Positions 9,849 through 22,600 of a stretch of 44,310 nt of DNA are shown here, in pieces. The position numbers were made by a program, and so were the translations under genes. How positions within the stretch are numbered: position 1 is the stretch's first letter; each line of letters opens with the position of its first letter. The stretch comes from Octopus bimaculoides. Taxonomy: Eukaryota. Where the stretch lies: contig NC_069005.1 of NCBI RefSeq assembly GCF_001194135.2, positions 5,506,148 through 5,550,457 on the forward strand. The letters are read 5' to 3'. The notes beneath the pieces were generated by a model. The model was not told the origin of the DNA and ran no database searches. It worked only from the letters and a program-made list of their open reading frames with translations.

Positions 9849-12800
9849 TGCCAATACACACAGATAGAGAAATTAAGGCAAATAGACCAGATATAGTTGT
9901 CAGAGATCACCAAGGAAAAAAAATGCTTTCTAATTGATGTATTAATACCAGCAGATGACGTTTCCCTAAAAGAAATTGAAAAACTTTCAAAATACAAAGA
10001 CCTGGAAATAGAGGTAACTCGAATGTGGAATCTAAAAACAGAAACAATTCCTATCATAGTAGGTGCCTTAGGTATAATAAAAAAAATATTCAGACAAATA
10101 CATAACAAAAACACCAGGACTTACAAATATATATAACATACAGAAAATTGCACTACTGGGTACTGCACACATCCTACACAAAACACTTTCAATACAGTAA
10201 ACATAAGAGCATCACAGCAAACCACAGCACATACCCAAGGCGCACAGAGCTGCGCTCAGTAGTGAAGTGAAAGCACGTTATAAAAATAAAACTACTGAAC
10301 AATAATAATAATAATGATTTCAAATTTTGTCACAATTTTGGGGGAGGGGATTAAGTTGATTACATCAACCCCAGTACATGACTGGTACCTGATTTATCAA
10401 CCCTGAAAGGATGAAAGGCAAAGTCGACTTTGGCAGAATTTGAACGTGGTTAAGAGTTGTTTTGACTCTCATTTCTAGCAATGCTGGTGGTGACTAACAC
10501 CCTCCATCACTCTAAAGAAAATTGTACTTGTTACACACACACACTTTGCTTGCGAAGACCTGTTTGAGGCAAGTGAAATCAAAATCGTTGACGTGGCTGA
10601 TGACAGTGCCGCCTGATTGATACTTGTGCCAGTGGAACGTTAAAAGCATCATCCAAGCGTGATCGTTGCTAGGGCCACTGATTGGCTCCCATGCCGGTGG
10701 CACGTAAAAAGCACCATCCGAGCGTGATCGTTGCCAGCATCACCCTTACTGGCAGATGTGCCAGTGGCACGTGAAAAACAACATTCGAGCGTGGTTGTTG
10801 CCAGTGCCACCAGACTGGCTCCCGTGGGGGGAGGGGGGTAAACACAGGTACAAAGACACACACACACGTGACAGGCTTCTTTCAGTTTCCATCAACCAAA
10901 TCTACTCACAAGGCTTTGGTTGGCCTGAGGCTATAACAGAAGACACCTGTCCAAGGTGCTACGCAGTGGGCTTGAACCCAGAACCATGTGATTGGGAAGC
11001 AAACTTCTTACCACACAGCCACACCTATATATATATAGACACAAAGCTTAAAAGTGCTGCACCAAACTGTAAAAAGTACCTACTTTATGTTATTGCCATC
11101 CAAACTTTTCTTAATATCATCCAAGCTGTCTTGAAGGGAACAGAATTCAAAAGAATTGAAATCATTTTCAGCAAATGTCTGGGAAGAGAAAAAGAAGAAA
11201 AAAAAAAATGGTAAAGGAATTTGGATGGAAACAAATTAACATGAAATTTTGATGACAAGTTTTAACCCTTTTGTTACCTTATTGCTGTTGAAATGCACAG
11301 GTTTAGTTTTATTTAATTTTGGAAATAACTTCATCATTTATCTTTTATCTCTTAGCTTGTTTCAGTCATTGCACTGTGGCCATGCTGGTGCACTGCCTTG
11401 AAGAGACTTTAGTCAAATGAACTGACCCTGGTACTTATATTTTTAAAGCTCAGTAATTATTCTATTGGCTTCTTTAGCCAGTTCTAAGCTACAGGGATGT
11501 AAACACACAAACACTGGTTGTCAAGCAATGGTGGTGGGGACAAAGATGAACACACACACACATATATATATATATATACAAGCTTCTTTCAGATTCCATC
11601 GACCAAATCCACTCACAAGGCTTTGGTCAGCCCTGAGGCTATTGTAGAAAGACACTCGCCCAAGGTGCCACGCAGTGGGGCTGAACCCAAAACCATGTCG
11701 TTGGGCAGCAAGCTTCTTACCACACCAAACTAACTTTGTCATTATCCATCTGGTGGTGAGCTGGCAGAATCGTTGGCATGCTCGACAAAATGCTTAGTGG
11801 TATTTCACCCATCGCTGCATTCTGAGTTCAAATTCCACCAAGGTTGACTTTGCCTTTCATCCTTTCAGGGTCAATAAATTAAGTACCAGTTACACACTGG
11901 GGTTGATCTAATCAACTAGTACCCTCCCCCAGATTTGCGCCTATGGTAGAAAGGATTATTTCATCCTTTCAAGGTCAATAAATTAAGTACCAGTTACGCA
12001 CTGGGGTTGATCTAATCGACTAGTACCCTCCCCCAGATTTCAAGCCTTGCGCCTATGGTAGAAAGGATTATCTCTCTGGTGTTTGGAACATAAATTAACA
12101 AGAAATTTTAAAGGAAAGGTTTTAATNNNNNNNNNNNNNNNNNNNNNNNNNNNNNNNNNNNNNNNNNNNNNNNNNNNNNNNNNNNNNNNNNNNNNNNNNN
12201 NNNNNNNNNNNNNNNNNNNNNNNNNNNNNNNNNNNNNNNNNNNNNNNNNNNNNNNNNNNNNNNNNNNNNNNNNNNNNNNNNNNNNNNNNNNNNNNNNNNN
12301 NNNNNNNNNNNNNNNNNNNNNNNNNNNNNNNNNNNNNNNNNNNNNNNNNNNNNNNNNNNNNNNNNNNNNNNNNNNNNNNNNNNNNNNNNNNNNNNNNNNN
12401 NNNNNNNNNNNNNNNNNNNNNNNNNNNNNNNNNNNNNNNNNNNNNNNNNNNNNNNNNNNNNNNNNNNNNNNNNNNNNNNNNNNNNNNNNNNNNNNNNNNN
12501 NNNNNNNNNNNNNNNNNNNNNNNNNNNNNNNNNNNNNNNNNNNNNNNNNNGGTGGGAGTGGGTGAGTGGCAGCAGTGGGATGAGGTGGTGGTAGTAGTGG
12601 TTAGTGTTGATGGGTGTGGCGATGGTTGGTGTTGGCAGGAGTGGTAGGGTGAGGTGACAGCAGTGGGGGGTGAAAAGTGGTGGTGGTACTGGTGGGGGTA
12701 GTAGGAGTGATTGTGGTGGTATTGGTGAGGGTGGTAGGGTGAGGTGGCAATGGTTGTGGTGGCATTGGTGGGGGGAGTGTTTGTGGTGATTGTGTGAGAC

Positions 12801-15800
12801 AGTTATGTCACCATAGTGTAGTGGCTGCCAAAAGTCTTCAGGGTGCCGATCTCTTGGCACATGGGGTCGGTTTTCTAGTGGTGGTAGTGGTGGAGGTGGT
12901 AGAGGTATGAGTGGTGATGGTGACTGCAGTGTGAAATGATGATGATGATGTTAGTGTTGGTGGTGGTAGGAATGGTGGTGACCACAATGTGAAATGGTAG
13001 ATGTGTTGGTGATGGTGGCAGGAGTGATGATGGTAATGGTAGTCATGGTGTTGGGGATGTAGTGCAAAGTGGTGGCTGGAGTGGTGATGGTGTTGGTGGT
13101 GCTAGTGGGCAAAGTGCAAAGTGACAGTGCGGAGATCCACTCCAACTTACCAGGCGAACCTTCTCGACCATTCTCTGGGCCTCGTCCTCACATCTCTGCT
13201 TAATCTCCGACGGTTGGTCTATCGCAGGTAGGCCCTGTTCAGGAACAATCTGGAAGACAAAGAAATACAGATTCACACTTCACTCAACTCCCTTCATATC
13301 AAAGGTGCCAGCTTAACCCTACCCGATTCATGCAAGCAAGGAAAAGTGAACACTAAACAATGATGGGGGATAATGAAATCCAACATCAGTCAGTATTACC
13401 TTCCCTACTTCCAAGCACATTAAAATAAGTACCAATATTGGAACCAATATAATTAACTAAAACCGTTTGTGGCAGTGGCCCAACACCTGTGAAAATCAAT
13501 CAGTGTAAACGATTGGAAAAAATTCACAAAAAATAAAGGCAAGAGTGACAGGAACAACCACGGAAAAGATGCGAGTTGACATACCTCCTGGCAGAAGTGC
13601 TGCACACTGTTAAGGTATTTCTGTAATTCCTTGTTTAAACGTTCCAGTTCAAGGACGACACCAGCGTATTTCCGCTGGAATTCATAGGTAATTGGTTTCT
13701 GTAATGATTCCTAGCAAAGAGAACAACGTTTAATTAATAAGGAGAAAACGAATTGGCAAAAGGTGAAGGAAGAAGTGGCCACTGCTCTTACCATGCAAAA
13801 AAAAGTCAGAAGTGAAAGACACAGCTAACAGTCTAAAAAATAGATGACTGGAGTAGAAATTTTAATATTACCTGAACCATATATAACTTTTAAAGATCAT
13901 AAAGATAATATTCTTGCCAAGCACACATGTAGAGCAATAAATCTAGGAAAAAGTGAGATAAGCAGCCTCAGTAAAAACATTTTTAGATTCCATCATTTTT
14001 TTAACATCAAACAGGTCAATTCTCCTCTATTATGGAATAAGAGCTTATCAGTGATCGAGTGGTTTGATAACATAGATAGCATGCACCGTAGTAAATCTAT
14101 GTAGTTCTATACAGAGTTTCCTCCAGCTCTAACTAAATACCTTCTCGAAAAGCTTTAGTGTTTGGTAGAGGGTTTTATTTCAGCACTCATGTCAGTGCCA
14201 TGTAAGAGAAAAAAAAAAGAAAAAAAAAAAAAAAGGCACCTGAGCTAGTGCCACATGAACAAACACCCAGTACGCTCTGTAAAGTAGTTGGCATTAGGAA
14301 GGACATTTCAGCCGCTTGTGTTTGCACTCAAACGCTTTAGCTGGGTAAACAGTCTTTACTGTAAACCTAGCAAAAATTTGCAAGTTAATATTAATTAGCT
14401 CTTATCTAGTTTATCTTCTCATGGAGATTCCTTTTTAGTGTGATCATTATTTATTACAAGGATACATTAAAAGACAATGGCTTCAAAGATAGAATATAAT
14501 ACAAGTAAAACAGCTCTAATATACATTGGCACAAAATAAACATTATTTTATATAATCCTCTATGTAAAATATCACACGGTATAATCCACTATGCAGTTTA
14601 GATGTTCATTTTAATGTGGCCCAAGTTTTATTAACCCTTTAGCATTCAAAACCAGCCATATCCGGCCTAAATATTCTGTGTTTTATATTCAAATAAGTCA
14701 GGTGCCTCTCACACCTACCCTACAATGTCATTTGAAAATTAAGCAATCACATCATGAAAATCTCAAAACTAGAAGATAATACATGATTAATTCAAAACAA
14801 TGTGAATAAATGAACATTACATTCGACAGAATAATCTGAATGCTAAAGGGTTAGATATCATAAATAAGTATTTCCATACAGACCATTAACATCATCAGAT
14901 CTTCAATAGAAGCAGTGTTATAGAGAGTAACAGTTTCCACAGCCAGTGTTATCAAAAAAAAAAAAAAAAACTTTTTAAGCATAAACAGAGAAACCTCACT
15001 TCTATGTAATTACAACAACCTTAATATCTGCCCACTGAATGGCAAGTGACTTTCCAAAACATTAGTTTATTGAGCTAAAGTCTCTTTCGCAAATAAATAT
15101 GCATGAGCACACACGCACGCGTGTATGTGTGTGCATGTGTATATGTCTGTCTCTCCTTGTCTTGGCATTGCATGGTAAGTTGTAAAATGGTTGTCACAGC
15201 CACACAAGCAGTGTCATTCATTTCCAATCATCTGTAAAAACATGTCTGGCCTTGGGGAAATATTACCTTGCTCAGAAACAGGAAGAGCATCTGGCCATAG
15301 AAAATCTGCCTCAATAAACTCTTTCCGACCCATGCAAGCATGGAGAAATGAAAGTTAAAACAATGACGACGATGGATGTATTTAAAACATTTACAGCGTA
15401 ACATCGAAACAGAGAGAAGACAACTTACAAATTTTTCTGCGTGACAGTTCATTTCTTTTAATTTCTTTATCCAATCTTTTTTCATTAAGAGTATTTTTGA
15501 TAATTTAATCTGAAAATAGATTTAAAGGCAAAGTTTATCTCACAGGACAAACATACCGTACGTCGAAATCTAGAAACAAGACACCTCATACTCATCAGAG
15601 ATTAAACCAATCACAACACGGCATAGATATATTGATTTCTACATACTGATTGCTAACTTATGCACAAAACATCAAACTTATTGAAAAATACTGTGGGACT
15701 ATCAATTATATCAACCTCCATCTTTCGCTGCTTTCCAAAAGGAAGAACGGTAATGTCGACTTTGTGGAAGATTACATCAATCCCGATATTTGGTTGGGTC

Positions 15801-17474
15801 TTATTTTATCAACACCCAGAAGGAAAAAAAGGAAATAAATTCGTGAAAGGTGCAGTCGATTGTACCCGCCTCAGTTCTTCACCGATTCTTATTTTATTGA
15901 TACCCAGAAAGAAGAAAAGCAAAATCAACTTTCATGGCATTTGGAAATAGAATATAAGGGTCATAACTACCATATTTTAACATGTATAAGGAACCCCCTA
16001 ATTTTGGGGACTTAAAATTTGGAAAAAAGGTTTTGTAAGGGATTATAATACTATCCATGTATAAGAAACTCCCATATTTTTTTAACCTAATTTTCGACAA
16101 AAAAAGGGTTCCTTATACAGGATGTGCACAAAGTCTGGGTACATGGGGATTAACACGTACTTTAAGAAATTATTGTTTCTTATATTTAATTGTTTATCTT
16201 ATGATTTTATTTACTCTGTGTACCCAGACCTTGTGGATACCCTGTACACATTAAAATACAGTTCAACCAGTTCAACTCATACCAGCAAAGTAAAGCAGAT
16301 ATAAAATAACGATGATGATGATGATGATGATGTATCATCATAATCTCACTAACGAGATTATGATGTACACGACTGAAGTTCTACAGAATTATTAAAATGG
16401 TATCTTTATCATTTCACAATAATGATAACGAGTGAAGATGACGACAGCAATGAACGATAATGAATGATGATTAATGACAATGAATGATAATGAATGACGG
16501 TGATGAAGTTTATTGGCTGCAAAATTAATACTTACAACATGTAACAAAAACTTCACTGGAAACCCTCCATAAGTGGCCCCTTCTAAACTCCGAAACTGGG
16601 TTTTTATGGGAGAACTGCTGAGAAGGGGATCGTTCTCCTGAAAAATACACACAACCATTAGTCATCATTAGAGATTTTATTTTATTTTCAAAACAAAAAA
16701 CAGTTGTTACCTGGCTAAAAAAAAAAAAAAATCCACGTAAAAATATAGACCCTAAATTGTTGTTGTTCTTGTTAATGCTATAATTGTTCACCCCCAGGTT
16801 GGTCTTGCTCCCCAATTNNNNNNNNNNNNNNNNNNNNNNNNNNNNNNNNNNNNNNNNNNNNNNNNNNNNNNNNNNNNNNNNNNNNNNNNNNNNNNNNNNN
16901 NNNNNNNNNNNNNNNNNNNNNNNNNNNNNNNNNNNNNNNNNNNNNNNNNNNNNNNNNNNNNNNNNNNNNNNNNNNNNNNNNNNNNNNNNNNNNNNNNNNN
17001 NNNNNNNNNNNNNNNNNNNNNNNNNNNNNNNNNNNNNNNNNNNNNNNNNNNNNNNNNNNNNNNNNNNNNNNNNNNNNNNNNNNNNNNNNNNNNNNNNNNN
17101 NNNNNNNNNNNNNNNNNNNNNNNNNNNNNNNNNNNNNNNNNNNNNNNNNNNNNNNNNNNNNNNNNNNNNNNNNNNNNNNNNNNNNNNNNNNNNNNNNNNN
17201 NNNNNNNNNNNNNNNNNNNNNNNNNNNNATAATAATAATGCCTTAGGTATAATAAAAAAATATTCAGACAAATGCATAACAAAAACACCAGGACTTACAA
17301 ATATATATAACATACAGAAAATTGCACTACTGGGCACAGCACACATCCTACGCAAAACACTTTCAATACAGTAACCATAAGAGCATCACAGCAAACCACA
17401 GCACATACCCAAGGCACAGAGAGCTGCGCTCGGTAGTGAAGTGAAAGCACGTTATAAAAATAAAACTACTGAAC

Positions 17475-17518
<44 letters not shown>

Positions 17519-19199
17519 TGAGACAATTATAGAAGCTTACCAGTTGGTGACTGGGTGACCCTATCCGAGGAGCAAACCTCGGAGGATGGGATGTCGTCAA
17601 CTTCGATCGGTGCCGCTGCTGAAAGGCTGATAATGGTGTCGTTTCTTGTGGACTTGTGCTCTTTGGAATAAAAAAAAAGAAAAACATTTTTGAATTTTAT
17701 CAACTTGGGGCCCAGTGCTCATAGAAAAGGGGGTCGGGTATTTTGTACTGCAGTAACAGAGAGTTAATCCTTTAGCAGTTAAACCGGCCATTATCAGGCC
17801 CAAATATTCGACTTGTCTTATGTTCAAACTGGCCAAATCTGGCCAGAAGCTGTGATTTTCATCCAGCAAAAATCCTTTTGTAGACATCATCATCATCGTT
17901 TAACGTCCACTTTCCATGCTAGCATGGGTTGGACGATTTGACTGAGGACTGGTGAAACCAGATGACTACACCAGGCTCCAATCTGATTTGGCAGAGTTTC
18001 TACAGCTGGATGCCCTTCCTAAGGCCAACCACTCAGAGAGTGGTTATATATACATATGTAGTGTTATATCAATAGTTTTTACTATAGAGATACTTCCATT
18101 CTATAATTCAAATATATATAAACTTGGTGTTATACCTGTGTGCGTGAGGATGCATTTCCAAGCTCAAGCATTTGGAGGAAATCCCAGAATAGCTGAAGAT
18201 TGTTCTGAGAGAGAAGAGGAAAGGGAGGAAGGAGGAGGAGGAGGAAAAGAACAGCAGGACTTACCAAAACCTCGTAGTCGGAGATGGAATGCGTACCCAA
18301 GCCAGCTCGGTCGAAGATCACTCTGTACGTGTTGTTAACAGTGTCTAGGGCTTCCACAGATCCCGTGAACAAACCGTCTTGCACCTTCCTGAACCGTGCT
18401 GAAAGAAGTTCAATTGCATGTAGAAAGAGAAAACAAGTTTGTCAAAAATTAAAGGACATCATCATCATAATCATCATTTAACGTCTGTTTTTCCATGCTA
18501 GCATGGGTCGGATGGTTCAACAGGAGCTGATTAGCCAGAAGACTGCACCAGGCTCTCATGCCTGTTTTGGCATGGCTTCTATGGCTGGATGCCCTTACTA
18601 ACACCAACCACATTAACCCTTAAAGCATTTAAAGGAGTCACATCAGGCCCAAATGTTTAACCTGTTTTATGTTGAAACCCACCAGATCCAGCCTCTCACA
18701 CCTACCCTTCAATGTCATTCTAAAAGTATATAATTACATCAGCCAAATTTCGAAGCTATGAGATATTGCATAGAATTAATTTTAAAAAAACAGTGTCTGA
18801 AAAAGCATTACATTTGACAATAATCTGAATGCTAAAGGGTTAAAGAGTGTTTTTTTCTTTCTTTATATATATNNNNNNNNNNNNNNNNNNNNNNNNNNNN
18901 NNNNNNNNNNATATATATATATATATATATACGTATATAGATAGATAGATAGATGTGTGTGTGTGCATATGGGGACCTCAATAGTGTAGGTAGCATGATA
19001 ACAGCACCCAGTCCATGTTGTAAAGTGGATGGCACTTGGAAAGACATCCAGCCATAGAAACCATGCCAAGGTAGACATAGGAGATCAATGCAGTCCTTCA
19101 ACACCTCAGATCCTGCCAAACCATCCAACCCATGCCAACATGGAACATGGATGGATATCAAATGATGATCATACATATACATATGTGTGTGTGTGTGTG

Positions 19200-19230
<31 letters not shown>

Positions 19231-19240
19231 NNNNNNNNNN

Positions 19241-19288
<48 letters not shown>

Positions 19289-19663
19289 AGCAAACTACAT
19301 GAACACATATATACATAGGGTCCAACCCATGATAACATGGAAAGCGGACGTTAAACAATGATGATGATGATAATGACAGGTATAAATGCATATAAATATG
19401 CGTATTAAAAGGCACCTGTGCAGGTGACAAATAGAAAGCACCCATGCTGGTGGCACGCAAAAGGCACCCAATACAGTCTTGAAGTGGTTGGCATTAGAAA
19501 AGGCATCCAACTGTAGAAACCATGCCAAACCAGACTGGAACCTAGTGCAGCTTTCCATCTTACCAGTTCCAGTCAAATCGTCCAACCCATGCCAGCATGG
19601 AAAGCAGATGTTGAATGATGATGATGATGATGATAATGATACACACACAAAGAGTTCACATGG

Positions 19664-19696
<33 letters not shown>

Positions 19697-22600
19697 GACA
19701 GATAAAACAATCCAATAAACTTACCTGTTACTTTGGTTCCGATGACCAAATGCATGGGTATCTCTTCTGGCAAGTCCTTGAAGTTTGTCAACTCCCGCAG
19801 TTTCCTCTGCTGTAGTAACCGGATTTTACAACGCCGCTGGTCGAGAGCATCACGTTCCTCTTTGAAGAAAGCAGCTGAGCACCTGAGAAAAGATGACAAA
19901 CATTACCACACAGATTACTTTTATTGATAGCTCAGTTGTGCACCACACCTGGGGAAGCTGACAGGTTCATTTCCACAGGTGTGAAAACTGACCATCTTTC
20001 ATCGTCATTTAACGTCCGTTTTCCATGCCAGTACCCGCCTGACTGGCCTTCGTGCAGGTGACACGTAAAAGCACCCACTACACTCTCTGAGTGGTTGGCG
20101 TTAGGAAGGGCATCCAGCTGTAGAAACTCTGCCAAATCAGATTGGAGCCTGGTGTTGCCATCCGGTTTCACCAGTCCTCAGTCAAATCATCCAACCCATG
20201 CTAGCATGGAAAGCAGACGTTAAACGATGATGATGATGATGATGATGTATGAGATGGACGATTTGACTGAAAGCTGGTAAGTTATGGGAACATAAACACA
20301 CCAACACCTGTTGTCAAGTGGTGGTGAGGGGCGAACAAGCAGACATGAAGAGACACACACACACATGATGGGCTTCTTTCAGTTTCCATCTTCCAAATCC
20401 ACTCACAAGGCTTTGATTGGTACGAGGCCACAGTGGAAGATATTTGCCCAAGGCGCCATGCAGCAGGACTGAACCTGGAACCACGTGGTTGAGAAGCAAG
20501 CTTCTTACCAAACATCTACGCAAATACAGAAACTGGGGAGCTGTTTCTGAGACTCTTCAGTTAATGGCAGACACAGCACTTGGCTGGAATTCTACAAGTA
20601 CTGCTAATGAATAATGGTAGCAAAAAGTGAACATCAAAATTAAAGGCAATTAGCAAACGCAACTTTTCCCCCTCCACCCACTCACCTGCGAGGTTTACCC
20701 ATGAGACGTCGAATCTTGCACCATTCTACCCTCCGTAAAAGCTTGGTTTTAAGCTGAGGGAAAGACTCCCTCAAACAACTGCAAAACTCGTTTTCTCCTT
20801 GAAATAAAGGCCTGCAAAATCGAAAAATAACATAAGCAACAAATCATGTATAATGGTAGGCAGAAGGGCCACACTGGCCCAAACACACCAGGTATCTTTC
20901 CATTCCAACCAAACAACCTGTCTTCATTGCCACACCATGTCTTCTCTCACAAACAGCCTCATTATTACACTGCAACTCCAATCCATGCCCTCATCGACAT
21001 CCTACACCTCCTATACACTGTCATTACTACACAAAATGTCCTCACAAGACATCCTACATCGCCACCACCACCACCACACACGTCCTCATCAACATACATT
21101 CGGTCAAGTCACTCTTGACTGACCGCTACAGCTTACAAGTGGACCAGTACAAACTGCCACATGCTTGGATAATCATACACTACACCAGGAACCTCCACCA
21201 AGGCTTGCTTGGTGAGGAGGGAGTTTTGTTGGACATCCAGCAGGACAAACAACAAAACCTGTCAATGGGGCAGAAAACCTCAAGAGAGTCAACGGCCATC
21301 TAAGGATGTGTGAGGGTGCAAGGCCTAAATCCTACACACCCTGTCACTACTATACTATATCTTCACACAATCTCCTCACAAAGCACCATCACAACAACAA
21401 CAACAACACATCTTCATCAATACACATTTGGTCAAGTCACTCTTGACCGACTGCTATTGCTAACAAATAAACCAGTACAAACTGCCACATGGCTGGGTCG
21501 TCAGTGACTAGACTGGTAACCCCCCAGCAGGACAAACAACAAAACCTATCAAAAGGCAGAGGAACTCAAGAGAGCCAACGGCCATCCAATAATGTGTGAA
21601 GGCACGTGGCCTAATGGTTAGGGGTGTTGCACTCATGATTGCAAGGTCATGGTTTCAATTTCCAGACTGGCTGTGTGTTGTGTTCTAGAGCAAAACACTT
21701 TACTTTACATTACTCCAGTTTACTCAGCTGTAAATGGGTAACCTTGTGGTGGGTTGGTGTACAAGGGTGCGATGGTGACTCAGGAAAATCAGTCAAACGG
21801 AGGTCTTGCAATCCATGTTCTGTATTCAGTCATCGAAAGGATGAATAGCACAACCTGTACCATGAATCCCGACCGGTTGGGACTGGTTGTTCAACCTTGT
21901 CGAAGGATGATGAACATACTAGACTGCAACGCACCTCCACACACAAATATATCATTGCTACACAACACATTTTCAGATACAAATTAAAATTATCTCAAAG
22001 CTAATTAACCCTTTAGCATTCACATTATTCTCTCAAAAGTAATGCTTATTTATTCACCTTGTTTTTAATTAATCATACATTATCTTGTAGCTTCATTTAA
22101 CATCTGTTTTCCATGCTGGCATGGGTTGGACGGTTTGACAGGAGCTGGCTCGGCAGAAGAGTGCACCAGACTTCGTGGTTTGTTTTGGCAGGGCGTTTAC
22201 AACTGGATGCCCTTCCTAACACCAACCACCTAACAGAGTGGACTGAGAGCTTTTTACATGGCACCACCATCTGCAAGGTCTGTTTTGGCATGCTTTTTAC
22301 AGCTGAATTCAGGAAGATATTTCGGTACTTGTTCAAGAAATGTTGCCAGGCAGAATCAAGTTGTACCGTATTTTCTAGCATACAGCCAAAGATGACATAG
22401 GAGCTCGATGCAGCCCTACAGCTAGCTGGTGCCCTGTAAAACCGTCCAACCATGACAGCATGGAAAGCAAATGTTAAATGATGAGGATGAAAAACAATTC
22501 AATTTACTCGAAAATTATTTTAATTCTAAGCTTAAACTTTTAACTTACATATCTAAATTTGAGTAGAACCATTCGTAACAGACCCATCGGTGAGCTTTAG

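Noticed and set aside
10600-10830. ~65-nt repeats that might suggest a CRISPR array
   Set aside because: Units are degenerate and contiguous with no unique spacers; they recur inside a SINE family; the context is eukaryotic and there are no cas genes.
12108-13145. His/Pro/Thr-rich minus-strand ORFs
   Set aside because: They come from a degenerate GGT/GAT tract immediately after a canonical LIN9 donor and have no LIN9 similarity.
17952-20171. Twin ORFs [21 protein letters not shown] as a duplicated small gene
   Set aside because: They are antisense readings of family-C SINE copies.
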